From Bdellovibrionota bacterium (GTDB taxonomy: Bacteria > Bdellovibrionota_C > UBA2361 > JAAYZI01), in contig JBMNIF010000002.1 in NCBI GenBank assembly GCA_050950765.1, positions 32,001 to 96,000 on the forward strand: a stretch of 64,000 bases of DNA. The letters run 5' to 3'. Numbering within the stretch: position 1 is the first letter of the stretch; each line of letters starts with the position of its first letter. This document shows positions 62,282-64,000 of the stretch, in pieces. The notes under the pieces were generated by a model. The model saw only the letters and a program-made list of their open reading frames with translations. It did no database searches and was not told the origin of the DNA. The position numbers were made by a program, and so were the translations under genes.

Positions 62282-63079
62282 ATGGCAAGAAGGAAGAAGC
62301 AGTCATTTTTAAAGAAGCTTTTGATTATCGCTGGTATTTTACTCGTTGCACAAATTGTGTTTTCACTTACCCTTACAAAAAGAAACACTTCGAAAACTTG
62401 GAAAGAATCAGCGAAGAACGCCATCGCTGCCAATCCTGAACTTACAGCGGAACAACAACCTGCTGTAATGATAAGGCTAGCTCTTCTAGATTATAGGAAC
62501 AAGAACGGCAGTTGCCCTGAAAACTTATCAAAGCTTGTTCCCGAATATCTTAGTTCTGTTCCGTTAGATCCAACAACGAAGGCACCGTTTCAATACGTAG
62601 TAAACGGTAAAAAATGCACCTTAGTTCTTTCTAAATCCAAAACAGATAGAGATAGTAAAGGTAGTGAGGATAACGTGGCATCAGAAACTCTCTCGGAATC
62701 TGATCAGGCTGAGATGCTTGACTCTCTTAATAAAAAAGATTTGGCTTCAGAGTATATTTACACCTCAGAAGGGAAAAAAGATCCTTTTCGATCTTATGAT
62801 TTCACCCCACATCGGGTAATTCAAAACAAAGACAATCCACTTGAATCTTACACCTATGACGAGTTGAAACTAACAGCGGTCTTAGGTGGGATCGGCCAAC
62901 CGACTGCGATTATAGAAAATCCTGAAGGGAAAGGGTTTACGGTAAGGGTCGGTACAAAGATCGGCAATCACGGCGGAGAGGTGGTTAAGATTGAACCTGG
63001 CAAGATAACTATCGTTGAAAGTACAGTTGAGTTCACAGGTGAAACCAAGAACAGAACGATAGATATGTTTTTAAGATAA
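62282..63079 (+). CDS. Membrane-anchored protein with a GspG/pseudopilin-like segment and a C-terminal PilP domain
   Basis: N-terminal TM helix; ALLDYRNKNGSCPENLSKLVPEYL...PLDP...FQY; PilP-like GKKDPF, PLESY...LKLTAV and AIIENPEGKGFTVRVGTKIG. Confidence 0.72.
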   Translation: MARRKKQSFLKKLLIIAGILLVAQIVFSLTLTKRNTSKTWKESAKNAIAANPELTAEQQPAVMIRLALLDYRNKNGSCPENLSKLVPEYLSSVPLDPTTKAPFQYVVNGKKCTLVLSKSKTDRDSKGSEDNVASETLSESDQAEMLDSLNKKDLASEYIYTSEGKKDPFRSYDFTPHRVIQNKDNPLESYTYDELKLTAVLGGIGQPTAIIENPEGKGFTVRVGTKIGNHGGEVVKIEPGKITIVESTVEFTGETKNRTIDMFLR

Positions 63080-64000
63080 AATTTATTACCACCCACTAGG
63101 GACAATAGGGCGGGCTGCAATTGCAGAGCGAATCGGTTAGGTTTCTACGAAGGTTAAAAATTTGGTGCCACCCTTCTTTTTTGCCGCTTTGACGGCTTGG
63201 GCGACTGGATAAATCTGGTGCCACCCTTTAGGGACCGCAGGACGGGCGCGATTGCAGAATGGGATCGGCTAGGTCTGTACGGAGGTTAAAAATTTGGTGC
63301 CACCCTTCAGAAGCTCCCCCACCTTTTAGGGACGATTAAGCGGGCTGATACTAAAAAACGAAGTAGCTAGACCTAGACGGGGGTAAAAAGTGGGTGTCCT
63401 AATTGGCAGCTAATAATATCAGTATGTTAGTAAAAGCCCTGCATTCGGCAGTTTTGGTGCCACCCTTCAGGGACGATCGAACGGGCTGTGACTACAAAAC
63501 GAATCGGTTAGGTTTTCACGGAGGTTAAAAATTTGGTGCCACCCTTCTTTTTTGCCGCTTTGACGGCTTAAGCGACTGGACGAATTTAGTGCCACCCTTC
63601 TTTTTTGCCGCTTTGACGGCTTGGGCGACTGGATAAATTTGGTGCCACCCTTTAGGGACCGCAGGACGGGCGCGATTGCAGAATGGGATCGGCTAGGTCT
63701 GTACGAAGGTTAAAAATTTGGTGCCACCCTTCAGAAGCTCCCCCACCTTTTAGGGACGATTAAGCGGGCTGATACTAAAAAACGAAGTAGCTAGACCTAG
63801 ACGGGGGTAAAAAGTGGGTGTCCTAATTGGCAGCTAATAATATCAGGATGTTAGCAGAAGCTTAGGATTCGACGGTTTTGGTGCCACCCTTTAGGGATCG
63901 CAGGACGGGCGCGATTGCAGAATGGGATCGGCTAGGTCTGTACGGAGGTTAAAAATTTGGTGCCACCCACCAGTACCGATCGCCCACTAGGGACCGCTGA
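63080..64000 (+). repeat. Mosaic repeat array 5 (runs off the window end)
   Basis: Nine exact and several degenerate cores; contains an internal ~260-bp higher-order duplication. Confidence 0.92.

Overview
A 64 kb AT-rich bacterial chromosome segment from a diderm organism (OmpA lipoprotein, PilP domain, lspA). Deltaproteobacteria/Bdellovibrionota-like affinity is my inference only. Housekeeping content: etfAB, mrcB, map, hemC(D), hemE, malQ, greB, gltA, folA, thyA, aconitase, lspA, an mltD-like gene, dacB, pyrK/pyrD, argH, hemN, asnS, and tRNA-Lys, -Val and -Pro. Main accessory features: (1) about 46 exact copies (hand count) of a non-palindromic TGGTGCCACCC core in five polar mosaic intergenic arrays plus a lone module, built from a few reused, internally shuffled modules; one array is split by an IS1634-like element with a target duplication. 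(2) A tandem pair of ~915-aa proteins fusing a TrwB/VirD4/HerA-type ATPase to a C-terminal LRR domain, with no secretion genes nearby. (3) An adhE-rex-hfs-like sensory plus catalytic [FeFe]-hydrogenase operon with a Rex-like operator, bracketed by two repeat arrays. (4) Two paralogous membrane-protein genes whose 5' leaders are complementary to their 3' ends. (5) A DEAD-less pseudo-helicase, a duplicated kinase-like protein, a His-rich mini-lipoprotein, a pseudopilin-PilP fusion and a second REP/MITE-like repeat family. Five genes carry small frameshifts, several at homopolymers, most likely sequencing errors. All calls come from reading the sequence by eye; no database searches were run.
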